64,000 nucleotides of DNA from NCBI RefSeq assembly GCF_009914755.1, contig NC_060934.1. One strand, written 5' to 3'. The notes beneath the pieces are model-generated. The model searched no databases, had not been told where the DNA came from, and was given only the letters and a program-made list of their open reading frames with translations. Position 1 is the first letter of the stretch, and the number at the start of each line of letters is the position of its first letter. Made by a program: the position numbers and the translations under genes. Below are positions 11,001 through 23,700 of the stretch, piece by piece. Source of the stretch: the human T2T-CHM13v2.0 reference genome, Homo sapiens.

Positions 11001-14000
11001 TGTGTGTTCAACTCACAGAGTTTAACCTTTCTTTAATCGAGCAGTTTGGAAATACACTCTTTGTAAGTCTGCAGGTGGATAATTGGCCCTCTTTGAGCCC
11101 TTCGTTGGAAACGGGATTTCCTCATATAATGCTAGACAGAAGAATTCTCAGTAACTTCTTTGTGTTGTTTGTATTCAACTCACAGATTTGAACCTTCCTT
11201 TAGAGAGAGCAGATTTGAAACACTCTGTTTTTGGAATTTGCAAGTGCAGATTTCAAGCGCTTCTAGGCCTATGGCAGAAAAGGAAATATCTTCGTATAAA
11301 AACTACACAGAATCATTCTCAACAACTACTTTGTGATGTGTGCGTTCAACTCACAGAGTTTAACCTTTCTTTTCATAGAGCAGTTTGGAAACACTCTGTT
11401 TGTAAAGCCTGCAAGTGCTTTTTTGGACTTCATTGAGGCCTTCGTTGGAAACGGGATTTCTTCATACAACGCTAGACAGAAGAATTCTCAGTTACTTCTT
11501 TGTGTTGTGTGTATTCAACTCACAGAGTTGAACCTTTCTTTAGAGAGAGCAGAGTTGAAACACTCTGTTTTTGGAATTTGCAAGTGCAGATTTCAAGCGA
11601 TTCTAGGCCTATGGCAGAAAAGGAAATATCTTCGTATAAAAACTACACAGAATCATTCTCAACAACTACTTTGTGATGTGTGCGTTCAACTCACAGAGTT
11701 TAAACTTTCTTTTCATAGAGCAGTTTGGAAACACTCTGTTTGTAAAGCCTGCAAGTGCTTTTTTGGACTTCATTGAGGCCTTCGTTGGAAACGGGATTTC
11801 TTCATATAATGCTAGACAGAAGAATTCTCAGTCACTTCTTTGTGTTTTGTGTATTCAAGTCACAGAGTTGAACCTTCCTTTAGACAGAGCAGTTTTGAAA
11901 AATACTTTCTGTGGAATTTGCAATTGGAGATTTTAAGAGATTTGAGGCTAATCTTTGAAATGGAAATATCTTCGTGTAAAAACTACACAGAATCATTCTC
12001 AGAAACTGCTTTGTTATCTGTGCGTTCAGTTCACAGAGTTTCACCTTTCTCTTCATAGAGCAGTTTGGAAAGACTCTGTCTGTAAAGTCTGCAAGTGATT
12101 AGTTAGACCCCTTTGAGGCTTTCGTTGGAAGCGGGATTTCTCATTTACTGCTAGACAGAAGAATTCTCAGTAAATCCTTTGTGTTGTGTGTATTCAACTT
12201 ACAGAGTGGAACCTTCCTTTATTCAGAGCAGTTTTGAAAAACACTTTTTGTGGAATTTGCAAGTGGAGATTTCAAGCGATTTGACGCCTATCTTAGACAT
12301 GGAAATATCTTCATATTAAAAGTACACAGAGTCATTCGTAGAAACTAGTTTGTGATGTGTGCCTTCAACTCACAGAGTTTAACCTTTCTTTTCATAGAGC
12401 AGTTTGGAAACACTCTATTTGTAAAGTCTGCAAGTGGATATTTGGACCTCTTTGAGGCCTTCGTTGGAAATGGGATTTCTTCATACAACACTAGACAGAA
12501 GAATTCTCAGTAACTTCTTTGTGTTGTGTGTAATCAACTCACAGAGTTGAACCTTTCTTTAGAGAGAGCAGAGTTGAAACACTCTGTTTTTGGAATTTGC
12601 AAGTGCAGATTTCAAGCGATTCTAGGCCTATGGCAGGAAAGGAAATATCTTCGTATAAAAACTACACAGAATCATTCTCAACAACTACTTTGTGATGTGT
12701 GCGTTCAACTCACAAAGTTTAACCTTTCTTTTCATAGAGCAGTTTGGAAACACGCTGTTTGCAAAGCCTGCAAGTGCTTTTTTGGACTTCATTGAGGCCT
12801 TCGTTGGAAACGGGATTTCTTCATATAATGCTAGACAGAAGAATTCTCAGTAAATCATTTGTGTTGCGTTGATTCAACTCACAGAGTGGAACCTTCCTTT
12901 ATTCAGAGCAGTTTTGAAACACTCTTTTTGTGGAATTTGCAAGTGGAGATTTCAAGCGATTTGACGCCAATCTTAGACATGGAAATATCTTCATATTAAA
13001 AGTACACAGAATCATTCGTAGAAACTAGTTTGTGATGTGTGCCTTCAACTCACAGAGTTTAACCTTTCTTTTCATAGAGCAGTTTGGAAACACTCTATTT
13101 GTAAAGTCTGCAAGTGGATATTTGGACCTCTTTGAGGCCATCGTTGGAAAAGGGATTTCTTCATATAACGCTAGACAGAAGAATTTTCAGTAACTTCTTT
13201 GTGTTGTGTGTATTCAACTCACAGAGTTCAACTTTTCTTTAGAGAGAGCAGAGTTGAAACACTCTTTTTGTGGAATTTGCTAGAGCAGATTTCAAACGCT
13301 TCGAAGACAGTGATAGCAAAGGATATATCTTCGTATTAAAACTAGACAAAATCATTCTCAGAAAACACTTTGTGATGTGTGTGTTCAACTCACAGAGTTT
13401 AACCTTTCTTTAATCGAGCAGTTTGGAAATACACTCTTTGTAAGTCTGCAGGTGGATAATTGGCCCTCTTTGAGCCCTTCGTTGGAAACGGGATTTCCTC
13501 ATATAATGCTAGACAGAAGAATACTCAGTAACTTCTTTGTGTTGTTTGTATTCAACTCACAGATTTGAACCTTCCTTTAGAGAGAGCAGATTTGAAACAC
13601 TCTGTTTTTGGAATTTGCAAGTGCAGATTTCAAGCGCTTCTAGGCCTATGGCAGAAAAGGAAATATCTTCGTATAAAAACTACACAGAATCATTCTCAAC
13701 AACTACTTTGTGATGTGTGCGTTCAACTCACAAAGTTTAACCTTTCTTTTCATAGAGCAGTTTGGAAACACTCTGTTTGTAAAGCCTGCAAGTGCTTTTT
13801 TGGACTTCATTGAGGCCTTCGTTGGAAACGGGATTTCTTCACATAATGCTAGACAGAAGAATTCTCAGTCACTTCTTTGTGTTGTGTGTATTCAAGTCAC
13901 AGAGTTGAACCTTCTTTTAGACAGAGCAGTTTTGAAAAATTTTTTCTGTGGAATTTGCAAGTGGAGATTTCAAGCGATTTGAGGCTAATCTTTGAAATGG

Positions 14001-16574
14001 AAATATCTTCGTGTAAAAACTACACAGAATCATTCTCAGAAACTGCTTTGTTATGTGTGCGTTCAGTTCACAGAGTTTCACCTTTCTCTTCATAGAGCAG
14101 TTTGGAAAGACTCTGTCTGTAAAGTCCGCAAGTGATTAGTTAGACCCCTTTGAGGCCTTCGTTGGAAGCGGGATTTCTCATTTACTGCTAGACAGAAGAA
14201 TTCTCAGTAAATCCTTTGTGTTGTGTGTATTCAACTCACAGAGTGGAACCTTCCTTTATTCAGAGCAGTTTTCAAACACTCTTTTTGTGGAATTTGCAAG
14301 TGGAGATTTCAAGCGATTTGACGCCAATCTTAGACATGGAAATATCTTCATATTAAAAGTACACAGAGTCATTCGTAGAAACTAGTTTGTGATGTGTGCC
14401 TTCAACTCACAGAGTTTAACCTTTCTTTTCATAGAGCAGTTGGGAAACACTCTATTTGTAAAGTCTGCAAGTGGATATTTGGACCTCTTTGATGCCTTCG
14501 TTGGAAACGGGATTTCTTCATATAACGCTAGACAGAAGAATTCTCAGTAACTTCTTTGTGTTGTGTGTATTCAACTCACAGAGTTGAACCTTTCTTTAGA
14601 GGGAGCAGAGGTGAAACAGTCTTTTTGTGGAATTTGCTAGTGTAGATTTCAAACGCTTCGAAGTCAGTGATAGAAAAGGATATATCTTCGTATTAAAAGT
14701 AGACAAAATCATTCTCAGAAAACTCTTTGTGATGTGTGTGTTCAACTCACAGAGTTTAACCTTTCTTTAACCGAGCAGTTTGGAAATACACTCTTTGTAA
14801 GTCTGCAGGTGGATATTTGGCCCTCTTTGAGCCCTTCTTTGGAAACGGGATTTCCTCTTATAATGCTAGACAGAAGAATTCTCAGTAACTTCTCTGTGTT
14901 GTTTGTATTCAACTCACAGATTTGAACCTTCCTTTATAGAGAGCAGATTTGAAACACTCTGTTTTTGGAATTTGCAAGTGCAGATTTCAAGCACTTCTAG
15001 GCCTATGGCAGAAAAGGAAATATCTTCGTATAAAAACTACACAGAATCATTCTCAACAACTACTTTGTGATGTGTGCGTTCAACTCACAGAGTTTAACCT
15101 TTCTTTTCATAGAGCAGTTTGGAAACACTCTGTTTGTAAAGCCTGCAAGTGCTTTTTTGGACTTCATTGAGGCCTTCGTTGGAAACGGGATTTCTTCATA
15201 CAACGCTAGACAGAAGAATTCTCAGTAACTTCTTTGTGTTCTGTGTATTCAACTCACAGAGTTGAACCTTTCTTTAGAGAGAGCAGAGTTGAAACACTCT
15301 GTTTTTGGAATTTGCAAGTGCAGATTTCAAGCGATTCTAGGCCTATGGCAGAAAAGGAAATATCTTCGTATAAAAACTACACAGAATCATTCTCAACAAC
15401 TACTTTGTGATGTGTGCGTTCAACTCACAGAGTTTAACCTTTCTTTTCATAGAGCAGTTTGGAAACACTCTGTTTGTAAAGCCTGCAAGTGCTTTTTTGG
15501 ACTTCATTGAGGCCTTCGTTGGAAACGGGATTTCTTCATATAATGCTAGACAGAAGAATTCTCAGTCACTTCTTTGTGTTGTGTGTATTCAAGTCACAGA
15601 GTTGAACCTTCCTTTAGACAGAGCAGTTTTGAAAAATTCTTTCTGTGGAGTTTGCAAGTGGAGATTTCAAGCGATTTGAGGCTAATCTTTGAAATGGAAA
15701 TATCTTCGTGTAAAAACTACACAGAATCATTCTCAGAAACTGCTTTGTCATCTGTGCGTTCAGTTCACAGAGTTTCACCTTTCTCTTCATAGAGCAGTTT
15801 GGAAAGACTCTGTCTGTAAAGTCTGCAAGTGATTAGTTAGACCCCTTTGAGGCCTTCGTTGGAAGTGGGATTTCTCATTTACTGCTAGACAGAAGAATTC
15901 TCAGTAAATCCTTTGTGTTGTGTGTATTCAACTCACAGAGTGGAACCTTCCTTTATTCAGAGCAGTTTTGAAAAACACTTTTTGTGGAATTTGCAAGTGG
16001 AGATTTCAAGCGATTTGACGCCAATCTTAGACATGGAAATATCTTCATATTAAAAGTACACAGAGTCATTCGTAGAAACTAGTTTGTGATGTGTGCCTTC
16101 AACTCACAGAGTTTAACCTTTCTTTTCATAGAGCAGTTTGGAAACACTCTATTTGTAAAGTCTGCAAGTGGATATTTGGACCTCTTTGAGGCCTTCGTTG
16201 GAAACGGGATTTCTTCATACAACGCTAGACAGAAGAATTCTCAGTAACTTCTTTGTGTTGTGTGTATTCAACTCACAGAGTTGAACCTTTCTTTAGAGAG
16301 AGCAGAGTTGAAACACTCTGTTTTTGGAATTTGCAAGTGCAGATTTCAAGCGATTCTAGGCCTATGGCAGAAAAGGAAATATCTTCGTATAAAAACTACA
16401 CAGAATCATTCTCAACAACTACTTTGTGATGTGTGCGTTCAACTCACAGAGTTTAACCTTTCTTTTCATAGAGCAGTTTGGAAACACTCTGTTTGTAAAG
16501 CCTGCAAGTGCTTTTTTGGACTTCATTGAGGCCTTCGTTGGAAACGGGATTTCTTCATATAATGCTAGACAGAA

Positions 16575-18609
16575 GAATTCTCAGTCACTTCTTTGTGTTG
16601 TGTGTATTCAAGTCACAGAGTTGAACCTTCCTTTAGACAGAGCAGTTTTGAAAAATTCTTTCTGTGGAATTTGCAAGTGGAGATTTCAAGCGATTTGAGG
16701 CTAATCTTTGAAATGGAAATATCTTCGTGTAAAAACTACACAGAATCATTCTCAGAAACTGCTTTGTCATCTGTGCGTTCAGTTCACAGAGTTTCACCTT
16801 TCTCTTCATAGAGCAGTTTGGAAAGACTCTGTCTCTAAAGTCTGCAAGTGATTAGTTAGACCCCTTTGAGGCCTTCGTTGGAAGCGGGATTTCTCATTTA
16901 CTGCTAGACAGAAGAATTCTCAGTAAATCCTTTGTGTTGTGTGTATTCAACTCACAGAGTGGAACCTTCCTTTATTCAGAGCAGTTTTCAAACACTCTTT
17001 TTGTGGAATTTGCAAGTGGAGATTTCAAGCGATTTGACGCCAATCTTAGACATGGAAATATCTTCATATTAAAAGTACACAGAGTCATTCGTAGAAACTA
17101 GTTTGTGATGTGTGCCTTCAACTCACAGAGTTTAACCTTTCTTTTCATAGAGCAGTTGGGAAACACTCTATTTGTAAAGTCTGCAAGTGGATATTTGGAC
17201 CTCTTTGAGGCCTTCGTTGGAAACGGGATTTCTTCATATAACGCTAGACAGAAGAATTCTCAGTAACTTCTTTGTGTTGCGTGTATTCAACTCACAGAGT
17301 TGAACCTTTCTTTAGAGGGAGCAGAGGTGAAACAGTCTTTTTGTGGAATTTGCTAGTGTAGATTTCAAACGCTTCGAAGTCAGTGATAGAAAAGGATATA
17401 TCTTCGTATTAAAAGTAGACAAAATCATTCTCAGAAAACTCGTTGTGATGTGTGTGTTCAACTCACAGAGTTTAACCTTTCTTTAATCGAGCAGTTTGGA
17501 AATACACTCTTTGTAAGTCTGCAGGTGGATATTTGGCCCTCTTTGAGCCCTTCTTTGGAAAAGGGATTTCCTCTTATAATGCTAGACAGAAGAATTCTCA
17601 GTAACTTCTCTGTGTTGTTTGTATTCAACTCACAGATTTGAACCTTCCTTTATAGAGAGCAGATTTGAAACACTCTGTTTTTGGAATTTGCAAGTGCAGA
17701 TTTCAAGCACTTCTAGGCCTATGGCAGAAAAGGAAATATCTTCGTATAAAAACTACACAGAATCATTCTCAACAACTACTTTGTGATGTGTGCGTTCAAC
17801 TCACAGAGTTTAACCTTTCTTTTCATAGAGCAGTTTGGAAACACTCTGTTTGTAAAGCCTGCAAGTGCTTTTTTGGACTTCATTGAGGCCTTCGTTGGAA
17901 ACGGGATTTCTTCATACAACGCTAGACAGAAGAATTCTCAGTAACTTCTTTGTGTTCTGTGTATTCAACTCACAGAGTTGAACCTTTCCTTAGAGAGAGC
18001 AGAGTTGAAACACTCTTTTTGTGGAATTTGCTAATGCAGATTTCAAACGCTTCGAAGACAGTGATAGCAAAGGATATATCTTCGTATTAAAACTAGACAA
18101 AATCATTCTCAGAAAACACTTTGTGATGTGTGTGTTCAACTCACAGAGTTTAACCTTTCTTTAATCGAGCAGTTTGGAAATACACTCTTTGTAAGTCTGC
18201 AGGTGGATAATTGGCCCTCTTTGAGCCCTTCGTTGGAAACGGGATTTCGTCATATAATGCTAGACAGAAGAATTCTCAGTAACTTCTTTGTGTTGTTTGT
18301 ATTCAACTCACAGATTTGAACCTTCCTTTAGAGAGAGCAGATTTGAAACACTCTGTTTTTGGAATTTGCAAGTGCAGATTTAAAGCGCTTCTAGGCCTAT
18401 GGCAGAAAAGGAAATATCTTCGTATAAAAACTACACAGAATCATTCTCAACAACTACTTTGTGATGTGTGCGTTCAACTCACAGAGTTTAACCTTTCTTT
18501 TCATAGAGCAGTTTGGAAACACTCTGTTTGTAAAGCCTGCAAGTGCTTTTTTGGACTTCATTGAGGCCTTCGTTGGAAACGGGATTTCTTCATATAATGC
18601 TAGACAGAA
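16575..18609 (+). repeat. Singleton 12-mer variant A-B-C-D-C-D (2035 bp)
   Basis: C dimers at 17254 and 17932 are only 678 bp apart (ORF track 17450 and 18128). Confidence 0.87.
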
Positions 18610-19628
18610 GAATTCTCAGTCACTTCTTTGTGTTGTGTGTATTCAAGTCACAGAGTTGAACCTTCTTTTAGACAGAGCAGTTTTGAAAAATTCTTTCTGT
18701 GGAATTTGCAAGTGGAGATTTCAAGCGATTTGAGGCTAATCTTTGAAATGGAAATATCTTCGTGTAAAAACTACACAGAATCATTCTCAGAAACTGCTTT
18801 GTTATCTGTGCGTTCAGTTCACAGAGTTTAACCTTTCTCTTCATAGAGCAGTTTGGAAAGACTCTGTCTGTAAAGTCCGCAAGTGATTAGTTAGACCCCT
18901 TTGAGGCCTTCGTTGGAAGCGGGATTTCCCATTTACTGCTAGAGAGAAGAATTCTCAGTAAATCCTTTGTGTTGTGTGCATTCAACTCACAGAGTGGAAC
19001 CTTCCTTTATTCAGAGCACTTTTGAAAAACACTTTTTGTGGAATTTGCAAGTGGAGATTTCAAGCGATTTGACGCCAATCTTAGACATGGAAATATCTTC
19101 ATATTAAAAGTACACAGAGTCATCCGTAAAAACTAGTTTGTGATGTGTGCCTTCAACTCACAGAGTTTAACCTTTCTTTTCATAGAGCAGTTTGGAAACA
19201 CTCTATTTGTAAAGTCTGCAAGTGGATATTTGGACCTCTTTGAGGCCTTCGTTGGAAACGGGATTTCTTCATACAACGCTAGACAGAAGAATTCTCAGTA
19301 ACTTCTTTGTGTTGTGTGTATTCAACTCACAGAGTTGAACCTTTCTTTAGAGAGAGCAGAGTTGAAACACTCTGTGTTTGGAATTTGCAAGTGTAGATTT
19401 CAAGCTATTCTAGGCCTATGGAAGAAAAGGAAATATCTTCATATAAAAACTACACAGAATCATTCTCAACAACTACTTTGTGATGTGTGCGTTCAACTCA
19501 CAGAGTTTAAACTTTCTTTTCATAGAGCAGTTTGGAAACACTCTGTTTGTGAAGCCTGCAAGTGCTTTTTTGGACTTCATTGAGGCCTTCGTTGGAAACG
19601 GGATTTCTTCATATAATGCTAGACAGAA

Positions 19629-21325
19629 GAATTCTCAGTCACTTCTTTGTGTTGTGTGTATTCAAGTCACAGAGTTGAACCTTCCTTTAGACAGAGCAGT
19701 TTTGAAAAATTCTTTCTGTGGAATTTGCAAGTGGAGATTTCAAGCGATTTGAGGCTAATCTTTGTAATGGAAATATCTTCGTGTAAAAACTACACAGAAT
19801 CATTCTCAGAAACTGCTTTGTCATCTGTGCGTTCAGTTCACAGAGTTTCACCTTTCTCTTCATAGAGCAGTTTGGAAAGACTCTGTCTGTAAAGTGTGCA
19901 AGTGATTAGTTAGACCCCTTTGAGGCCTTCGTTGGAAGCGGGATTTCTCATTTACTGCTAGACAGAAGAATTCTCAGTAAATCCTTTGTGTTGTGTGTAT
20001 TCAACTCACAGAGTGGAACCTTCCTTTATTCAGAGCAGTTTTGAAACACTCTTTTTGTGGAATTTGCAAGTGGAGATTTCAAGCGATTTGACGCCAATCT
20101 TAGACATGGAAATATCTTCATATTAAAAGTACACAGAGTCATTCGTAGAAACTAGTTTGTGATATGTGTCTTCAACTCACAGAGTTTAACCTTTCTTTTC
20201 ATAGAGCAGTTGGGAAACACTCTATTTGTAAAGTCTGCAAGTGGATATTTGGACCTCTTTGAGGCCTTCGTTGGAAACGGGATTTCTTCATATAACGCTA
20301 GACAGAAGAATTCTCAGTAACTTCTTTGTGTTGTGTGTATTCAACTCACAGAGTTGAACCTTTCTTTAGAGGGAGCAGAGGTGAAACACTCTTTTTGTGG
20401 AATTTGCTAGTGTAGATTTCAAACGCTTCGAAGTCAGTGATAGAAAAGGATATATCTTCGTATTAAAAGTAGACAAAATCATTCTCAGAAAACTCTTTGT
20501 GATGTGTGTGTTCAACTCACAGAGTTTAACCTTTCTTTAATCGAGCAGTTTGGAAATACACTCTTTGTAAGTCTGCAGGTGGATATTTGGCCGTCTTTGA
20601 GCCCATCGTTGGAAACGGGATTTCTTCATATAATGCTAGACAGAAGAATTCTCAGTAAATCCTTTGTGTTGTGTTTATTCAACTCACAGAGTGGAACCTT
20701 CCTTTATTCAGAGCAGTTTTGAAACACTCTTTTTCTGGAATTTGCAAGTGGAGATTTCAAGCGATTTGACGCCAATCTTAGACATGGAAATATCTTCATA
20801 TTAAAAGTACACAGAGTCATTCGTAGAAACTAGTTTGTGATGTGTGCCTTCACCTCACAGAGTTTAACCTTTCTTTTCATAGAGAAGTTTGGAAACACTC
20901 TATTTTTAAAGTCTGCAAGTGGATATTTGGACCTCTTTGAGGCCTTCGTTGGAAACGGGATTTCTTCATACAACGCTAGACAGAAGAATTCTCAGTAACT
21001 TCTTTGTGTTGTGTGTATTCAACTCACAGAGTTGAACCTTTCTTTAGAGAGAGCAGAGTTGAAACACTCTGTTTTTGGAATTTGCAAGTGCAGATTTCAA
21101 GCGCTTCTAGGCCTATGGCAGAAAAGGAAATATCTTCGTATAAAAACTACACAGAATCATTCTCAACAACTACTTTGTGATGTGTGTGTTCAACTCACAG
21201 AGTTTAACCTTTCTTTTCATAGAGCAGTTTGGAAACACTCTGTTTGTAAAGCCTGCAAGTGCTTTTTTGGACTTCATTGAGGCCTTCGTTGGAAACGGGA
21301 TTTCTTCATATAATGCTAGACAGAA
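19629..21325 (+). repeat. Singleton 10-mer variant A-B-C-B-D'
   Basis: The C dimer at 20308-20645 is followed directly by B-type CAGTAAATCC at 20646. Confidence 0.85.
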
Positions 21326-23700
21326 GAATTCTCAGTCACTTCTTTGTGTTGTGTGTATTCAAGTCACAGAGTTGAACCTTCCTTTAGACAGAGCAGTTTT
21401 GAAAAATTCTTTCTGTGGAATTTGCAAGTGGAGATTTCAAGCGATTTGAGGCTAATCTTTGAAATGGAAATATCTTCGTGTAAAAACTACACAGAATCAT
21501 TTTCAGAAACTGCTTTGTCATCTGTGCGTTCAGTTCACAGAGTTTCACCTTTCTCTTCATAGAGCAGTTTGGAAAGACTCTGTCTGTAAAGTCTGCAAGT
21601 GATTAGTTAGACCCCTTTGAGGCCTTCGTTGGCAGCGGGATTTCTCATTTACTGCTAGACAGAAGAATTCTCAGTAAATCCTTTGTGTTGTGTGTATTCA
21701 ACTCACAGAGTGGAACCTTCCTTTATTCAGAGAAGTTTTGAAAAACACTTTTTGTGGAATTTGCAAGTGGAGATTTCAAGCGATTTGACGCCAATCTTAG
21801 ACATGGAAATATCTTCATATTAAAAGTACACAGAGTCATTCGTAGAAACTAGTTTGTGATGTGTGCCTTCAACTCACAGAGTTTAACCTTTCTTTTCATA
21901 CAGCAGTTGGGAAACACTCTATTTGTAAAGTCTGCAAGTGGATATTTGGACCTCTTTGAGGTCTTCGTTGGAAACGGGATTTCTTCATATAACGCTAGAC
22001 AGAAGAATTCTCAGTAACTTCTTTGTGTTGTGTGTATTCAACTCACAGAGTTGAACCTTTCTTTAGAGGGAGCAGAGGTGAAACACCCTTTATGTGGAAT
22101 TTGCTAGTGCAGATTTCAAACGCTTCGAAGACAGTGATAGAAAAGGATATATCTTCGTATTAAAACTAGACAAAATCATTCTCAGAAAACTCTTTGTGAT
22201 GTGTGTGTTCAACTCACACAGTTTAACCTTTCTTTAATCGAGCAGTTTGGAAATACACTCTTTGTAAGTCTGCAGGTGGATAATTGACCCTCTTTGAGCC
22301 CTTCGTTTGAAACGGGATTTCCTCATATAATGCTAGACAGAAGAATTCTCAGTAACTTCTTTGTGTTGTGTGTATTCAACTCACAGAGTTGAACCTTCCT
22401 TTAGAGAGAGCAGAGTTGAAACACTCTGTTTTTGGAATTAGCAAGTGCAGATTTCAAGCGGTTCTAGGCCTATGGCAGAAAAGGAAATATCTTCGTATAA
22501 AAACTACACAGAATCATTCTCAACAACTACTTTGTGATGTGTGGTTTCAACTCACAAAGTTTAACCTTTCTTTTCATAGAGCAGTTTGGAAACCCTCTGT
22601 TTGTAAAGCCTGCAATTGCTTTTTTGGACTTCATTGAGGCCTTCGTTGGAAAGGGGATTTCTTCATATAATGCTAGACAGAAGAATTCTCAGTAAATCCT
22701 TTGTGTTGTGTGTATTCAACTCACAGAGTGGAACCTTCCTTTATTCAGAGCAGTTTTGAAACACTCTTTTTGTGGAATTTGCAAGTGGAGATTTCAAGCG
22801 ATTTGACGCCAATCATAGACATGGAAATATCTTCATATTAAAAGTACACAGAGTCATTCGTAGAAACTAGTTTGTGATGTGTGCCTTCAACTCACAGAGT
22901 TTAACCTTTATTTTCATAGAGCAGTTCGGAAACACTCTATTTGTAAAGTCTGCAAGTCGATATTTGGTCCTCTTTGAGGCCTTCGTTGGAAACGGGATTT
23001 CTTCATATAACGCTAGACAGAAGAATTCTCAGTAACTTCTTTGTGTTGTGTGTATTCAACTCACAGAGTTGAACCTTTCTTTAGAGAGAGCAGAGTTGAA
23101 ACACTCTTTTTGTGGAATTTGCTAGTGCAGATTTCAAACGCTTCGAAGACAGTGATAGAATAGGATATATCTTCGTATTAAAACTAGACAAAATCATTCT
23201 CAGAAAACACTTTGTGATGTGTGTGTTCAACGCACAGTGTTTAACCTTTCTTTAATCGAGCAGTTTGGAAATACACTCTTTGTAAGTCTGCAGGTGGATA
23301 ATTGGCCCTCTTTGAGCCCTTCGTTGGAAACGGGATTTCCTCATATAATGTTAGACAGAAGAATTCTCAGTAACTTCTTTGTGTTGTTTGTATTCAACTC
23401 ACAGATTTGAACCTTCCTTTAGAGAGAGCAGATTTGAAACACTGTGTTTTTGGAATTTGCAAGTGCAGATTTCAAGCGCTTCTAGGCCTATGGCAGAAAA
23501 GGAAATATCTTCGTATAAAAACTACACAGAATCATTCTGAACAACTACTTTGTGATGTGTGCGTTCAACTCACAGAGTTTAACCTTTCTTTTCATAGAGC
23601 AGTTTGGAAACACTCTGTTTGTAAAGCCTGCAAGTGCTTTTTTGGACTTCATTGAGGCCTTCGTTGGAAACGGGATTTCTTCATATAACGCTAGACAGAA
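21326..23700 (+). repeat. Singleton 14-mer variant A-B-C-D-B-C-D (2375 bp)
   Basis: Dimer starts at 21326, 21665, 22005, 22343, 22683, 23023, 23361. Confidence 0.85.
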